From NCBI GenBank assembly GCA_963715635.1, contig OY970261.1:1086438-1150437 (forward strand): a stretch of DNA of 64,000 bases. Direction: 5' to 3'. Positions 9,300-17,223 of the stretch are shown here, piece by piece. The translations under genes were made by a program, and so were the position numbers. How positions within the stretch are numbered: the stretch's first letter is position 1; each line of letters starts with the position of its first letter. The DNA is from Candidatus Aminicenantes bacterium. GTDB lineage: Bacteria; Acidobacteriota; Aminicenantia; Aminicenantales; UBA4085. Under the pieces are notes generated by a model, which worked only from the letters and a program-made list of their open reading frames with translations, was not told the origin of the DNA and made no database searches.

Positions 9300-10055
9300 T
9301 CAAAAGAGCTCTTCAAAAGACATTTTTCTTTTCCGGAGTCCCGTCACGAGCCTTTCTTTTTGTTTTCGAAAAAAAGCGTCGGTCGAGGCTTCGGCCAACC
9401 CCAGCCGGGCATAGAAACCACGGATCATGTCCATATAATTCATCCGGTCGATCAGGACCTGATCGACTTTTCCTTCGAGCTCCGCGACAAGCCGTTCCGG
9501 ATCCCCGGGGAGGAGAGGACCGATAAACGCATGCGTTTTGATTCCGGCCTGATGGAGTTTTTCCAGAGCTTTAATCCGCTCTTTGACCGATGAGGCATGG
9601 GGCTCGAACAGCCGAGCGATTTCTTCGTTCTCGGTAGCGATCGTGAAGGTGAATTCGATTTCTTGAAACTGCAGGAACACATCCAAATCGCGGAGCGCTA
9701 AAACCGATTTTGATTGGATATGGACGGGAAACTGGGCGGCCGCCAGCTCGATCAGGCACTGCCGGGTCAGCTTGTATTTCGCTTCCAGGGGCTGATAAGG
9801 ATCGCAGACCGATGACACCCAGACCACGCCCCGCTTGGCCCGCATCAGCTGCTTTTTCAAAACTTGCGGCGCGTTGACTTTGACATCCACGAATTCGCCC
9901 CAGGGCTCGCTATGGCCGGAATAGCGCGGGATGAACAGCCGGGCGTAGCAGTATCGACAGCCGACCTGACAGCCCGTGTAAGGATTCACGCAGTAATCGA
10001 AGATCTTGGACTTGTTGAGGATGCTTTTGGCCTGGACTTGGGCGACTTTCAGCAC
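9300..10055 (-). CDS. radical SAM protein, SplB-like (COG1533 DNA-repair-photolyase family), 251 aa
   Basis: NPYTGCQVGCRYCYAR = CxxxCxYCY radical-SAM cluster motif of the SplB-like family. Confidence 0.7.
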   Translation of the reverse strand: MLKVAQVQAKSILNKSKIFDYCVNPYTGCQVGCRYCYARLFIPRYSGHSEPWGEFVDVKVNAPQVLKKQLMRAKRGVVWVSSVCDPYQPLEAKYKLTRQCLIELAAAQFPVHIQSKSVLALRDLDVFLQFQEIEFTFTIATENEEIARLFEPHASSVKERIKALEKLHQAGIKTHAFIGPLLPGDPERLVAELEGKVDQVLIDRMNYMDMIRGFYARLGLAEASTDAFFRKQKERLVTGLRKRKMSFEELF

Positions 10056-10153
10056 GATCGGTTTTTCCTCTGGCTATTGATAGCATAGCTAAAGTGTTTT
10101 TTCCAGACGTTGTATCGGGGCTTGCCGAGAACCCGGCGCCGGCGGGCTTCTAA

Positions 10154-10179
10154 CTGGAGAATCGTCTCCGATTCTCCAG
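10154..10179 (-). terminator. hairpin CTGGAGAATCG-tctc-CGATTCTCCAG 3' of the ECF sigma operon
   Basis: Perfect 11-bp inverted repeat, 22 nt after the stop of ORF 10201..10539 (stop at 10201, minus strand). Confidence 0.4.
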
Positions 10180-10200
10180 GTGACTGGCGTGTGATATGAC

Positions 10201-10539
10201 TTATTTCTTAGGAGGCGCCGCCATCCTCTCCTCGATCTTCTTCTGCAACGCCTGTCGTTGACCAAACGTATCCAGATAGATCTGCAGGTCGATGATTTCC
10301 TGGGCGAGGGCAGTGGCGACCAAATTTATCCTCATCGGTCCCCGCAAATCCAGGAAATTATCCTTGGCCACCCGGTCTCGCGTAAATTCCCATAGCACCT
10401 GATCGATGACCGGCGAGAGAATTCCCCCCCGGTCGGGCGTGGCGACAAGCTTGGTCACGGCCAGCATCATATTGTAGCGCCGGAAGAAGACGGCATTGAT
10501 TTTCCCGGCCTCCCGAGCTTTATTAGCAGCGACCATCAT
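10201..10539 (-). CDS. hypothetical protein (112 aa), last gene of ECF sigma operon
   Basis: ORF with ATGATG start overlapping the previous ORF by 17 nt. No recognisable family. Could be the continuation of a frameshifted single gene with 10523..10786. Confidence 0.4.
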   Translation of the reverse strand: MMVAANKAREAGKINAVFFRRYNMMLAVTKLVATPDRGGILSPVIDQVLWEFTRDRVAKDNFLDLRGPMRINLVATALAQEIIDLQIYLDTFGQRQALQKKIEERMAAPPKK

Positions 10540-10786
10540 TTCTTGGAGGCGCGTTTCGATGACGTTCCAACGTCCCTCGCTGAGCCATGTCGCGGAGGCT
10601 ATCGAGGAAGAGGTCCAGAAGGGCCGTTCCGTCCGCGGGCGAGATCTGCAACGAATCCTTTACTTGTACAACCGCCGTTTCAGAGGACGCGTTCAGCGCT
10701 TGCGCATCCCGGTCGGGCCTCGCCGTTTCCTGGGCGGCCCATCCGCTCATGGCCGACAATAGGATCGCTCCGACGATCAATAATTT
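10523..10786 (-). CDS. small secreted protein (88 aa, signal peptide MTRKLLIVGAILLSAMSGWAAQE)
   Basis: ATG 10786 preceded by GGAGG (reverse complement of 10792-10796), 11 nt after the anti-sigma stop. Cleavable signal peptide. Confidence 0.55.
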   Translation of the reverse strand, partial: KLLIVGAILLSAMSGWAAQETARPDRDAQALNASSETAVVQVKDSLQISPADGTALLDLFLDSLRDMAQRGTLERHRNAPPRNDGRC

Positions 10787-10796
10787 TCTGGTCATG

Positions 10797-11369
10797 TTAA
10801 ACCTCCTTGAATTTATCTTTGAATAATGAGAACGCACGCTCGATTGTTTTATCGCCAAACAGTATTTTCATTTTTTGTTCGAGGCTGTAGCGGGGCTCGA
10901 GTTTGCCCGCAGGGGAGACCACTGTCTCTCCCCCGGTCGTCGCACCGCGGGTCGCGAAGGTGAGGGCCCTGGACATGATGGCGGCAGCCGGAGAAAGACT
11001 TTCATTTTCCGCGGTCTCCCTTTGATAGGAAAGAGGCAATTTCTGGAAACCGGGCAGGTCGTTGAGCGCCGCGTCGATTATTCCCAGCCCCGTTCGCGAA
11101 AACTGCGGCTTGGCTCGGGTGAACCACAGGACCGCTGATATGATCATAATCGCGCCGACGGAAAATCCGAGAACCGGAATCCATGCCCGTCTGACCAGGC
11201 CGGGCGGGATCTTCGTCCCCTCCGGCCGGACCCGGCCGATAACCTGTAGGCGCGCTTCGAAATTCCCGGCGCGGAAATGGCGGAGTCCGTTTTCGGTTTC
11301 ACGTTGAATGATTTGCCGGACCTCTTCAGGCAGGTCATGGAGGTGCTTCCCTGTATCCTTTTCACTCAT
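10797..11369 (-). CDS. anti-sigma factor, single-pass membrane protein (190 aa)
   Basis: Start overlaps the ECF sigma stop by 8 nt. Cytoplasmic N-domain, then one TM helix (VLGFSVGAIMIISAVLWF), then a periplasmic C-domain. Confidence 0.65.
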   Translation of the reverse strand: MSEKDTGKHLHDLPEEVRQIIQRETENGLRHFRAGNFEARLQVIGRVRPEGTKIPPGLVRRAWIPVLGFSVGAIMIISAVLWFTRAKPQFSRTGLGIIDAALNDLPGFQKLPLSYQRETAENESLSPAAAIMSRALTFATRGATTGGETVVSPAGKLEPRYSLEQKMKILFGDKTIERAFSLFKDKFKEV

Positions 11370-11880
11370 GGCATTCCTCCTTCATAGCGGCCGTAATCGC
11401 CCCTCGGGCCCGGGTGAGCCGCGACATCACGGTGCCCGGCGGGATCTTTAAGACACGGCCCAAATCTTCGTAGGAGAGGCCGCCGTATTCACGGAGGACG
11501 AATACCTCTCGCTGTTTTTTGGGCAGGCTTCGAACCGCGTCCTTGAGCCGACAAAGACTTGCATTCGCTTCGGAAACCATCTCTGGAGTGCGGGGATCGG
11601 CGGCGGTGTCGGGAACGACATCTGCGAGGTCGATCGGACTCCGCCGCATCCGCCGGAGGTGATCGAGGCAGGTCGTCCGGGCGATCCGCAGCAGCCATAT
11701 CCGTAGGCTGCCAGGCTGGCGGAGATCGCCGGCTCGGGCAAACGCTTTGAGGAAGGCATCCTGGCAAAGGTCTTCGGCATCGGCGACGTTCCTAGAAAAA
11801 CCCAGGCAGACCCGGAAGACATCCTCCCGGAAACTTATGAGTTCGCGGAAACGCCCATCGTCCGATGCGGTCATATCCAT
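11362..11880 (-). CDS. ECF (sigma-70 family, group IV) RNA polymerase sigma factor, 172 aa
   Basis: Region 2 (EDLCQDAFLKAF...WLLRIARTTCLDHLR) and region 4 (EVFVLREYGGLSYEDLGRVLKIPPGTVMSRLTRAR) are readable. Confidence 0.85.
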   Translation of the reverse strand: MDMTASDDGRFRELISFREDVFRVCLGFSRNVADAEDLCQDAFLKAFARAGDLRQPGSLRIWLLRIARTTCLDHLRRMRRSPIDLADVVPDTAADPRTPEMVSEANASLCRLKDAVRSLPKKQREVFVLREYGGLSYEDLGRVLKIPPGTVMSRLTRARGAITAAMKEECHE

Positions 11881-12022
11881 GGCTCCGTCATGTCATACAG
11901 AAGACGTTCTCGAGGCAAGAATATTCCATTTCTTGCCCGGGCACAACAATAAAAGCCTTGATTTTCGGCCTCGACAACGGTCAAAATGGAGATGATTATT
12001 ATTCCTGTTTGAGCATAGCAGC

Positions 12023-13342
12023 TTGGCCCGAAAACAAGAGACCGGCTCCATCCCGCAGGGGGACAAGAAAATCATCCGCGGCTGGGTGATGTATGACTGG
12101 GCCAATTCCGTCTATCAACTGACCATCGCCTCGACTATTTTTCCAATTTACTACAACCAGGTGACACGATCGGGGAGCAATTTTACGGTGGATTTCTTCG
12201 GCCTTCCGATCATCAACACCGTGCTCTATTCCTGGGCGATCGCCGCGGCCTATCTCGTCGTAGCGCTCTTTTCCCCGCTGTTTTCCTCGATCGCCGATTA
12301 CACGGGGCGGCGTAAAGCCTTCATGAAGATGTTCACGTGGATTGGCGCTCTCTCCTGCGGCGCCCTGTTCTTTTTTGACAAGAATACGATCGAACTCGGA
12401 ATCGTCGCTTTTTGGCTGGGGACAGTCGGCTACGGCGGGAGCATCGTCTTTTACAATTCTTTTCTTCCCGTCATCGCCAAGCCCGAGGACCAGGACCGGG
12501 TGAGCGCCCGCGGCTATTCCATGGGCTACTTGGGCAGCGTCATCCTTCTGGTCATGAACCTCATCGTCGTCCTGAAGCCGGACTGGTTCGGCATCAGCGA
12601 CAAGCTCCTGCCGGCCAAGCTGTCCTTTTTGTCCGTCTTCCTGTGGTGGATCGGCTTCTCTCAGATCACCTTCCGCCGCTTGCCGAAATACACGTTCGGC
12701 CACCGGGCCAAAGGCAAGAGCGCTCTTTTCGGCGGATACAAAGAGCTCCGGCTCGTTATCCGGCAAATCAGGAAGCTGCCCCGTTTGAAACTTTTCTTAT
12801 TCGGGTTTTTCTTTATCATGATGGGGCTGCTGACGGTCATGTTCATGGCCGCTACCTACGGTGAAAAGCAGCTCCGGCTGAGTGAGGGGATCCTAATTTC
12901 CACCATTCTGGTCATTCAGATCATCGGCATGCTGGGGGCCTGGCTTTTCGCCAGGATTTCCGGACGACTGGGCAATATCCGAGCCTTTATCCTCACAGTC
13001 ATCATTTGGGTTCTGGTCTGCATCGGGGCCTATTATATCCGCGATGCCGCAGGATTTATCGCGGTCGCGGCCTGCGTCGGGCTGGTCATGGGAGGCTCCC
13101 AATCGCTGGCCCGTTCCACCTATTCCAAGATGCTTCCGGAAACGGAAGACCACACGTCCTTTTTTAGCTTTTATGACGTCGTGGAAAAGCTGGCCACGGT
13201 TGGCGGCACGTTCAGTTTCGGGATCATCGAGGCGCTGACGGGGAGCATGAGGAATTCCGTCCTGGCCATCGCGGCGTTTTTTGCTGTCGGGCTGGTGTTC
13301 ATGCTTTTTCTTTTGAGACGGCGCGACGTCCCCACGATCTAG
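12023..13342 (+). CDS. MFS transporter, UMF1/Atg22-like family, 439 aa
   Basis: GWVMYDWANSVYQLT N-terminal motif typical of Atg22-like MFS. 12 predicted TM segments. Confidence 0.75.
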   Translation: MARKQETGSIPQGDKKIIRGWVMYDWANSVYQLTIASTIFPIYYNQVTRSGSNFTVDFFGLPIINTVLYSWAIAAAYLVVALFSPLFSSIADYTGRRKAFMKMFTWIGALSCGALFFFDKNTIELGIVAFWLGTVGYGGSIVFYNSFLPVIAKPEDQDRVSARGYSMGYLGSVILLVMNLIVVLKPDWFGISDKLLPAKLSFLSVFLWWIGFSQITFRRLPKYTFGHRAKGKSALFGGYKELRLVIRQIRKLPRLKLFLFGFFFIMMGLLTVMFMAATYGEKQLRLSEGILISTILVIQIIGMLGAWLFARISGRLGNIRAFILTVIIWVLVCIGAYYIRDAAGFIAVAACVGLVMGGSQSLARSTYSKMLPETEDHTSFFSFYDVVEKLATVGGTFSFGIIEALTGSMRNSVLAIAAFFAVGLVFMLFLLRRRDVPTI

Positions 13343-13416
13343 CCGTAGGCCGCTTGATTTGACAATCGCTTTTTCCGGTGATACAAGCGATAGAAATGAA
13401 TCCTCAAGGAGGTCTT

Positions 13417-15582
13417 ATGCATAAACTTCGCCAACCATTTCTTTGTCGGTATCACCGCGCCCTCTTTGTCGTCCTCATCGCATCCCTCGTCGTTTTTTGG
13501 CAGATCGGCTGCCAGCCGGCGCAGAAGGCCGAGCCGGGTCCGAAACCTCCGGTCGCCGAAAAGATAAAAAAAGAGCTGACCATCCACGGCCAGACCCGCA
13601 TCGATGACTACTTCTGGTTGAGGGCGCGGGAGAACCCAAAAGTTCTGGATTATTTGAAAGCGGAAAACGAATATGAAAAGGCCGTGATGAAACACACGGA
13701 GTCGCTCCAGGATGTTCTTTATAAAGAGATCATCGGACGGATCAAGCAAACCGACTTGTCGGTTCCCTATAAGGACAACGGCTATTTCTATTACACGCGC
13801 TATGAAGAGGGGAAAGATTATCCTCTCTACTGCCGGAAAAAGGTGGCACTCGAGGCGGCGGAAGAGGTCATGCTGAACGGCCCGCTGATGGCCGAAGGCC
13901 ATGGCTTTTTTGCCATCGGAGGCTGGTCGGTCAGCCCGGATAACAAGCTTATCGCTTACGGCGTCGATACGGTCAGCCGTAGAAAATATACCCTTCACTT
14001 CAAGAACCTCGTCACTGAGCAGGTCCTGCCGGATGAGATCGCCACGACCAGCGGCTCGGCCGCTTGGGCCGGCGACAACAAAACGATATTTTATACGGTC
14101 AAAGACGACACGACGCTACGCCCGTTCAAGGTCATGAAGCATGTCCTTGGTGCCCCTGTTTCCACGGACGCCGAAATCTATGTGGAGAAGGATGAAACCT
14201 ACGAGATCGAGGTTTACGAATCCAAGTCCAAAAAATATTTGATCATCGGCTCCGGTAGCACCTTATCCGACGAATGCTGGTTTCTCGATGCGAACAACGC
14301 TAACGGCAAATTCAAGGTCATCCAGCCCCGGCAAAAAGACCTGAAGTACAGCGTCGAACATTTCAAGGATAAGTTTTTCATTCTGACTAACGATCAGGCT
14401 AAAAATTTTCGGCTGATGGCGACGCCGGTCACAAAGACAACCAAAGACAATTGGACCGAGGTCATTCCCCATCGAGCGGATGTTTTCCTCGAAGATTTCG
14501 CCATCTTCAATAATTTTTTGGTCCTGCATGAGCGGAAAATGGGCCTGCCCCAACTTCGGATCATAGCCTGGGCCGACAAATCCGAGCATTATCTGGATTT
14601 TGGAGAAGCGACTTACACGGCCGGCCTGGCCATGAATCCTGAATTCGACACGGACGTCGTGCGATACAGCTATGAATCTCTGACCACTCCCAATTCGATA
14701 TTTGATTACAACATGAAAACGAAACAAAAGACGCTCCTCAAACAGGAAGAAGTGCTGGGTGGCTTCGACGCCAAGAACTATCATGCAGAGAGGCTCTATG
14801 CCACGGCCAAGGACGGCGTCCAGGTTCCGCTTTCGCTTGTCTACCGGGTCGGATTCGAGAAGAACGGCCAAGGTCCCTGCCTGCTCGACGGCTACGGGTC
14901 TTACGGAGCGAGCTCCGACCCAGACTTCAGATCGGCCCGGTTGAGCCTTCTCGACCGCGGTTTTGTCTATGCCATCGCCCATATCCGGGGCGGCCAGGAG
15001 ATGGGCCGGAGCTGGTATGAAGACGGCAAGCTGCTCAAGAAGAAAAACACGTTCACAGATTTCATCGCTTGCGCCGAGTATCTCGTCGCCCAAAAATTCA
15101 CGCGTCCCGAAAAACTTTTCGCCATGGGCGGCAGCGCCGGCGGTCTGCTGATGGGCGCCGTGGTCAACATGCGGCCGGATCTTTTCAAAGGTGTGATTGC
15201 CAGAGTTCCTTGGGTGGATGTCGTGACCACCATGCTCGACAGTTCCGTTCCCCTGACCACTAGCGAATACGATGAATGGGGGAATCCCAACACTAAAGAA
15301 TATTATGATTATATGCTGTCCTATTCGCCCTACGACAACGTCGAGCGGAAAGATTATCCGGCGATGCTGGTGACGACGGGATTGCATGATTCCCAGGTCC
15401 AATACTGGGAGCCCGCCAAGTGGGTGGCCAAGCTGCGGGCGATGAAGACGGACAAGAATATCCTTCTACTCGTCACCAACATGGAGGCCGGGCACGGCGG
15501 GGCGTCGGGCCGGTTCCGGAGATTGAGAGAAACGGCGCTCCAATACGCTTTCATGCTCGACTTGGCGGGAATAACGAAATAA
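13417..15582 (+). CDS. ptrB: oligopeptidase B (protease II), S9A prolyl-oligopeptidase family, lipoprotein-like signal, 721 aa
   Basis: GGSAGGLLMGAVVN catalytic-Ser block and full-length S9A architecture. ATG 13417 preceded by AAGGAGG. Confidence 0.8.
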   Translation: MHKLRQPFLCRYHRALFVVLIASLVVFWQIGCQPAQKAEPGPKPPVAEKIKKELTIHGQTRIDDYFWLRARENPKVLDYLKAENEYEKAVMKHTESLQDVLYKEIIGRIKQTDLSVPYKDNGYFYYTRYEEGKDYPLYCRKKVALEAAEEVMLNGPLMAEGHGFFAIGGWSVSPDNKLIAYGVDTVSRRKYTLHFKNLVTEQVLPDEIATTSGSAAWAGDNKTIFYTVKDDTTLRPFKVMKHVLGAPVSTDAEIYVEKDETYEIEVYESKSKKYLIIGSGSTLSDECWFLDANNANGKFKVIQPRQKDLKYSVEHFKDKFFILTNDQAKNFRLMATPVTKTTKDNWTEVIPHRADVFLEDFAIFNNFLVLHERKMGLPQLRIIAWADKSEHYLDFGEATYTAGLAMNPEFDTDVVRYSYESLTTPNSIFDYNMKTKQKTLLKQEEVLGGFDAKNYHAERLYATAKDGVQVPLSLVYRVGFEKNGQGPCLLDGYGSYGASSDPDFRSARLSLLDRGFVYAIAHIRGGQEMGRSWYEDGKLLKKKNTFTDFIACAEYLVAQKFTRPEKLFAMGGSAGGLLMGAVVNMRPDLFKGVIARVPWVDVVTTMLDSSVPLTTSEYDEWGNPNTKEYYDYMLSYSPYDNVERKDYPAMLVTTGLHDSQVQYWEPAKWVAKLRAMKTDKNILLLVTNMEAGHGGASGRFRRLRETALQYAFMLDLAGITK

Positions 15583-15595
15583 GAGAAATATCAGA

Positions 15596-15625
15596 GATGG
15601 CTATCGCTCCCCATCCGGATTTTTT
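15596..15625 (+). terminator. intrinsic terminator-like hairpin (GATGG...CCATC) + T6
   Basis: Stem-loop followed by ttttt(t) 14 nt after the ptrB stop. Confidence 0.4.
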
Positions 15626-15681
15626 ACGATTGGATTCGCTTCGATAAAAGGATTCATCGGATAATGCTCAAAGGAGGACGC

Positions 15682-17082
15682 ATGAATTTAAAATTTTCAA
15701 TTTTGTCAATCGCGGCAACGGCACTAGTTGTATTTGTTTTTTCTTTCCTTCCCGTTTTTGCCCAGGCCGCGGTTCCCCAGGAAACGGTGGCGCAGAAAGA
15801 GGCGCGGATGAAATGGTGGACCGAAGCGCGATTCGGCATGTTCATCCATTGGGGCCTTTACGCCCAGGCCGCGCGGCATGAATGGGTGAAAAATTACGAG
15901 CATATCAAAGACGAGGATTATCAGAAATATTTCGAAGTCTTCAACCCGGACCTCTATGACCCCGGGGCATGGGCGCGTGCAGCCAAGAACGCCGGAATGA
16001 AATATTTTGTCATCACGACCAAGCACCACGAAGGATTCTGTCTCTGGGACTCGAAATACACGGATTACAAGGCGACCAAGACTCCCTACGGCAAAGACCT
16101 GATCAAGCCGCTCGTCAAAGCTATGCGCGACGAGGGGCTGCGGGTCGGCTTTTATTATTCGCTCCTGGACTGGCATCATCCCGAATACACGGTCGATCGC
16201 TATCACCCGATGTTCAATAATCTGGAGTTCCGAGAGAAGGCCAAAAACCGCGATATGAAAAAGTATGTGGAATATCTGCACAACCAGGTGCGTGAGATCT
16301 TGACCGAATTCGGCCAGGTGGACTGCCTGTTCCTGGACTATTCCTTCCCCGGGAAAGATGGAAAGGGAAGGGACGACTGGCAATCCGAGAAGCTCCTGAA
16401 GATGATCCGGGAGCTCCAGCCGAACATCATCATCAATGACCGCTTGGATTTGCTCGATGTGCAAGGCGGCTGGGATTTCCGGACGCCCGAGCAGTTCATG
16501 CCGCGTGAATGGGTCAAGATGAACGGTCTGAGAGTGCCCTGGGAGACCTGCCAAACCTTCTCCGGCTCATGGGGGTATTATCGGGATGAAGCGACCTGGA
16601 AAAGCGTCCGCCAGCTTGTGGTCATGCTGATCGAAACGGTAAGCAAGGGCGGCAACCTGCTGTTGAACGTCGGGCCGACGGCCCGCGGCACGTTCGACTT
16701 TCGGGCGCTGGATCGGCTCAGCGGTATCGGCGAATGGACGAGGCTCAATGGCCGCTCGATCTACGGCTGCACGGAAGCGCCGGAAGGTTTCAGGACGCCG
16801 GCCAACTGCCTCCTGACTTACAATCCTCAGACGAAGCGGATGTATGTCCATGTCCTCGAATGGCCGATGGGAGCACTTTATCTGGATGGATTTGCCGGCA
16901 AGGTCAAGTACGCCCAACTTCTCAATGATGCTTCTGAAATCCGTTTTTCCGAGGTCAGCAAGACCGAAGTTGGATTTATGCCGGGGGACAGGAAAGAAGC
17001 TCCCAGCCAGTCCATCCTTCTCAGGATCCCGGTCCAGCCGCCTCCGGTCACCGTCCCCGTCATTGAACTGTTCCTTAAATAA
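15682..17082 (+). CDS. alpha-L-fucosidase, GH29, secreted, 466 aa
   Basis: KWWTEARFGMFIHWGLYA and HHEGFCLWDS blocks characteristic of GH29. AAAGGAGG RBS before ATG 15682. Confidence 0.85.
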   Translation: MNLKFSILSIAATALVVFVFSFLPVFAQAAVPQETVAQKEARMKWWTEARFGMFIHWGLYAQAARHEWVKNYEHIKDEDYQKYFEVFNPDLYDPGAWARAAKNAGMKYFVITTKHHEGFCLWDSKYTDYKATKTPYGKDLIKPLVKAMRDEGLRVGFYYSLLDWHHPEYTVDRYHPMFNNLEFREKAKNRDMKKYVEYLHNQVREILTEFGQVDCLFLDYSFPGKDGKGRDDWQSEKLLKMIRELQPNIIINDRLDLLDVQGGWDFRTPEQFMPREWVKMNGLRVPWETCQTFSGSWGYYRDEATWKSVRQLVVMLIETVSKGGNLLLNVGPTARGTFDFRALDRLSGIGEWTRLNGRSIYGCTEAPEGFRTPANCLLTYNPQTKRMYVHVLEWPMGALYLDGFAGKVKYAQLLNDASEIRFSEVSKTEVGFMPGDRKEAPSQSILLRIPVQPPPVTVPVIELFLK

Positions 17083-17120
17083 AAAAATTCTCGTCCATTT
17101 CATGCGGGTAAAGATCTTCT

Positions 17121-17174
17121 GGGAAACGACCGGAAACAGCCTCGCTTCGGCTATCTCCGGGTCGTTTCCCTTTT
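17121..17174 (+). terminator. intrinsic terminator: GGGAAACGACCGG...CCGGGTCGTTTCCC + TTTT
   Basis: 13-bp stem (one bulge) with a nested loop hairpin, followed by a T-run. 39 nt 3' of the GH29 stop. Confidence 0.55.
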
Positions 17175-17223
17175 CAATTCACACGAAATGGAAGAGAACC
17201 AATAAAAGGAAAAGGAGGCGCGC

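Noticed and set aside
10523-10858. Longer 111-aa version of the small secreted ORF (start MAIKQ...)
   Set aside because: It would overlap the anti-sigma gene by 60 nt. The internal ATG at 10786 has a GGAGG RBS and begins a canonical signal peptide.
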